DNA from: Catajapyx aquilonaris
Taxonomy: Eukaryota
DNA length: 64,000 bases
Direction: 5' to 3'
Assembly: GCA_000934665.2 (NCBI GenBank)
Contig: KZ538498.1
Coordinates: 1-64,000, forward strand
Position numbers and translations under genes: made by a program. Below the pieces are notes generated by a model, which saw only the letters and a program-made list of their open reading frames with translations, was not told where the DNA came from and made no database searches. Below are positions 60,213 to 64,000 of the stretch, piece by piece. Every line of letters starts with the position of its first letter. Position 1 is the first letter of the stretch.

Positions 60213-63200
60213 TACACAGACTTCAAAATGGGGTTGTATTGGGAACAGTTACTTCCTTCCCATTATCCGTAGAGAGTGCAGATTTAATTGAGGTGGAATT
60301 TTAAAAATGTAGTCCAGAGAATGGAAATCCGCACTTTTGTGGTGCAGGAGTGAAGCATGTCGTTCCCTCCAGCCCTTGTTTCTTCCTAGGCCTTGAGTCC
60401 GCAACATGGAAAACTCATCTTCGCTACTTTGAGGGAGAAGAGTGAAAGGCAAGCCTCGTGAGAAACACACAAGTCCCTGTGGTTCTCCCATTTCCACTGT
60501 CTCTTGCGTCGCATCAAGTGCAAGCCCTGGAGACTGCAATGCAATCACCAATCACACTTTCAGCAAAGTTGGATCCAGATCACTGACCAAATTTGTGCTT
60601 AAGTGAATAAGATGCGGGTGCAATCTTCAAAAAAAAAATGCAATTCATGGTACCATTCACCGGTCCAATCCTAGGCTAGAAAACTTTTTCTCCAGCCCCA
60701 AGACCGCTTCCTCAATTCCACTCTGAGGACACAGAAGAAATCGAAAAGTTTAAGAGCTGATGGGTAAGTTGTCTGCAAGACTCGTACTTTTTTTTAGGTT
60801 CGTCGCAGGAGCGAAAAAGGGCTTAAAAACGACGGAGGTCTTCGAATAGAACGCTCGATGCGATTACTGTAATTTGCCAAGCTCCGTCAGCAGAGTCTGT
60901 TGGGTATTTCTACTCTTTGTATCCGAGGTGGGAGGGGGGCACCAGTACGGAACATGAAAATACCTGTTCATTAGGGACCCATCGTACGAAGCAACACTTT
61001 TTCGCCAACTTCGTCACAATTAACTCTCCATACACAGAAAATGGGGGTAAAAAAAAGTTCTTGGCTGGAGTCCTAATGATCGTTCACAGTATTCATCCCG
61101 TCATTAGCTTGGCTTTTTGGAAGTCGAAACTTTTTGAAGCTGCTTGTACTCGTGTATCCCCAAAAGATGGTTGGAGAGAAAATGCAAAATTTTGAGAGAG
61201 CAAAAACGAGCGTGTGAAAAATAATATCCCCTGACTCCAGCTAATGGGGAATCAAGAGGCGTTAATCGATTGTTTGCAGCCCGGGTTCTCCGGGGAGAGT
61301 GTGCGCGGAAAACTACCAACATTTTGCCCTCGACTCTCCATGAGGACAGTCAAATATTACTTTTGCACACATTTTTTTTTTTCAGTTCCACTTTTCCTAC
61401 CATGCTCCAACACACGCGAGGCGACAACTTCCAGGCTCATTTTCGGCCAGAGCATTAATATTTCTGTACCAGCATGCGGATTCAAACTTTCAGGTGATGC
61501 TAATTATTGTTCTCTGCATTCCTAACTATACCTTGCTGTATACCTTGTACTGTAGACTTGGTACTAACCCATAGCAACAATTGAGACTATGTCCTAAATA
61601 TGGCGGCGCGACCGTTAAAGGCGTCATGTGACGGCCGCCAGATGGCACAAGAGTTGACAACACAGATAACAGCTCCATGACACTTGCGATACGTCATATC
61701 AACATGACATCAACAGAGTATTATATCCAACTGCAACCAGCTTCGAAAAATCAAACTTCAGATACTCCACTGGGCTGAATGACCGCGATCCCGATCCGTC
61801 GTTTTTGGGGACACATTTCTTATCTCCGGTCCCGGGTTACATTATGTGCAAGTCTGCCTACCCTCGGGAGAGCCTGACACTTGATCAATCGCCCGTCCCC
61901 TTGCGTCCAGTTGCCCTTTCAACCAACTGGACATTATCTTCGCCTTATTCCAGTCCATCGGTCATCAATCTTTACTCCCGACAGAGGTTCAGGAGACCCA
62001 TTTGACAACATAGCAAAAGAAGTTGGGCCCAATAGAAGGACAGGTTACAGAGGAAGGGAATATCAGTGTCGTGTTCTGGCGCAGATCAATCTGGAGCTAA
62101 GCCTTCAACGTCAAATGGGTATAAGTAGGAGGCTTTGGTGTTTACGGTAAGGAAAAAAAAACCCCGATACTCTAGGGTACATTCCAAAAAAAAAATTGTA
62201 CGAGATTATGAGATTCCATGATTTTCCTCCCCCCAAAAAATATCGGACTCTTCGACCGGAGCACAGCATAAGTGGAATCGAGGTTGAACCTTGCAGTCGG
62301 ATGATCAGACCTGCACATTATACGGCTTATCCTCAACTCCCCAAAATGGAGGGAGAAAAAAAATGTTCTTCCTGTTTGAAATGGACCACGAAACGAGGGC
62401 CGTATTCTCCAAATGCAACTTTTGTGGCCGTTCTACCGGATGCGGATAACTATGCCATAGTTTTTTTTTTTGTTCTCTATTTTTTTTTGTATCTGCTTTT
62501 CTCACAAGCGAAACTGCCGGAGTTTGGGGAAAATTTCAAAACTGCTTCGGCCTATTTCTGTACTGCATGGCGCATATCGAGTGGTTGGAGGCTATTCAGG
62601 GTCCAAAATGTAAGCACTATTCTACCAGCTAAGAAAACTGTGGCTATATTAAATGCGGAATTAAGGCAGCTTTTACACTGTATGCTGACTATACAATTTT
62701 TGCCTCTCGACTGTTATCAGAAAACCTTGTCTCGTATAGGGGGTCCGAATGAATACCCAGATGGGTTCCCATAAAGAAACTAAAATCCTCCCTACGGTTG
62801 CAATAATCTCCCTCCCCAGTACCTTCAATCATCAATTCCGCAAAACAATCAAGTAACTTTATAGCTCCAGGAGGCTTACGGCAGTATCGGAGTCTTCCAC
62901 ATGTGGGCTATGAAAGGCAGAAATTTTGTTTCTACGACCTCCTGGAAAAAAAAAATCGCTCCTCGCACACCGAAAAAAAAAAAAAGATTATTCCATCGCA
63001 TTTCCTGATTCGGTGTCGTAGCGCCAATATCGATCTCCGACATGAAATTGGAGAGAGGAAAAAGGCAAAATTGGCTTTTCAGGAGTTAAAACAATGCTGG
63101 GTACCGAGTCTTTCCATTTCCAACTTCTACACCGCCATGGGAGAAATTCAACAATGGGAACTGAACAGATTACGACGTTACTCCTTTTTAATACAATTCC

Positions 63201-63403
63201 TGGCTCGTCGTTTCGCGATTGGATGATTGTGTCGTGATATTAGGTTCTGAAAGAATTCATTTTCGCTGCTAGAGCTTTCCAATGGCTATGCCCCCCCTCC
63301 CCATTTTCTGCTAAAATAAGCGCCCTCAGAGTCAGGTGCCAGTAAATGGCAGATCCAATCTTGGAAAATCAGTCTCAAGAACTCGGTATTAATTCAGAAA
63401 AAT

Positions 63404-63701
63404 ACCGAAGCAGTGGTAGCGGAGGGGATATGGTATCCTGCTAATCGGGAGGTCCTGGGTTCGAATCCCGGTGGCCGCCGACCCTGACCGTGGTTTTCTG
63501 TGGTTTCCCATGATCTCACCAGGAAAATTCCGGGGGGTCGTGTCCGTAATTATAGTCCACAGCCGCTTCCTTCCGTCCCTATCCCATCCCCATATATGAG
63601 AAGTAAAAACGAAAGCAAGAGTTCCAGACTTTAAAAAATGGTGGTATCCCACCCCCCTAAGAGGGCCCATGGCTCTAGCGCGGGGTACAAATTATGATTA
63701 T
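63404..63701 (+). mobile_element. Full-length tRNA-derived SINE-1 with an (ATT)n-like tail and long TSD
   Basis: A/B-box-like head (GGTTCGAATCCC), central domain, 3' ...CTAGCGCGGGGTACAAATTATGATTAT. Direct repeat TATTAATTCAGAAAAAT at 63387-63403 and 63702-63718. Confidence 0.9.
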
Positions 63702-64000
63702 TATTAATTCAGAAAAATGGTCCTACTTGCACAATATTTCACCATAAATGCCGTCAAGGTGATGCTAGAAATTTCCTCGATGCCATGAAAGCAAATTTAT
63801 TTTTAAAATTATATTGCGTAATATCCATCACACATGCTGTAGGCTACGCATAATTATTTTCATTAAATTAACCAGACTTTAGACGCAATGTACTAAGGTC
63901 GATTGAGTTAATTCAATAATGTTAGCAAGAGTTTCAGTGAAAATTTTGCTGCATAGTATATGTGCGCTATAAAAGTGAAAGCTAGTACTGTAATGCAGGG

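Noticed and set aside
62196..62774. 192-aa ORF with a hydrophobic stretch
   Set aside because: The hydrophobic segment comes from poly-T tracts, and I recognise no homology.
63404..63480. tRNA gene
   Set aside because: A/B-box-like motifs are present, but I could not fold a convincing cloverleaf and the sequence continues into a multicopy SINE body with a TSD.

Overview
This window is eukaryotic, most likely from an invertebrate and probably an arthropod, judging from the SINE and MITE types; the species cannot be determined from the sequence. The only coding sequence I can support is one internal exon (11753-12428, minus strand, canonical AG/GT) of a TMTC2-like transmembrane O-mannosyltransferase. 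I did not find the neighbouring exons, so the window appears to be mostly two very large introns (>11.7 kb and >51 kb). These carry many short non-autonomous DNA transposons (MITEs) with Tc1/mariner/pogo, hAT/Charlie, PIF/Harbinger, Kolobok, piggyBac-like and CMC-like ends, several of them nested. There are also five tRNA-derived SINE copies, several minisatellites, a dimeric ~158-bp repeat, homopolymer tracts and a 154-N gap. I found no prokaryotic-type system, CRISPR array, intact transposase or recognisable RNA gene. The most interesting signals are in mobile-element architecture: (1) a CAAGGGG-ended, 8-bp-TSD family whose TIR cores co-vary between copies and which carries different internal minisatellites; (2) modular SINEs with an exact 13-bp micro-inversion; (3) two MITEs sharing a body but not their termini; (4) a perfect 98-bp hairpin whose loop copies part of its own arm. 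All alignments were made by eye, and superfamily labels rest only on TIR/TSD signatures.
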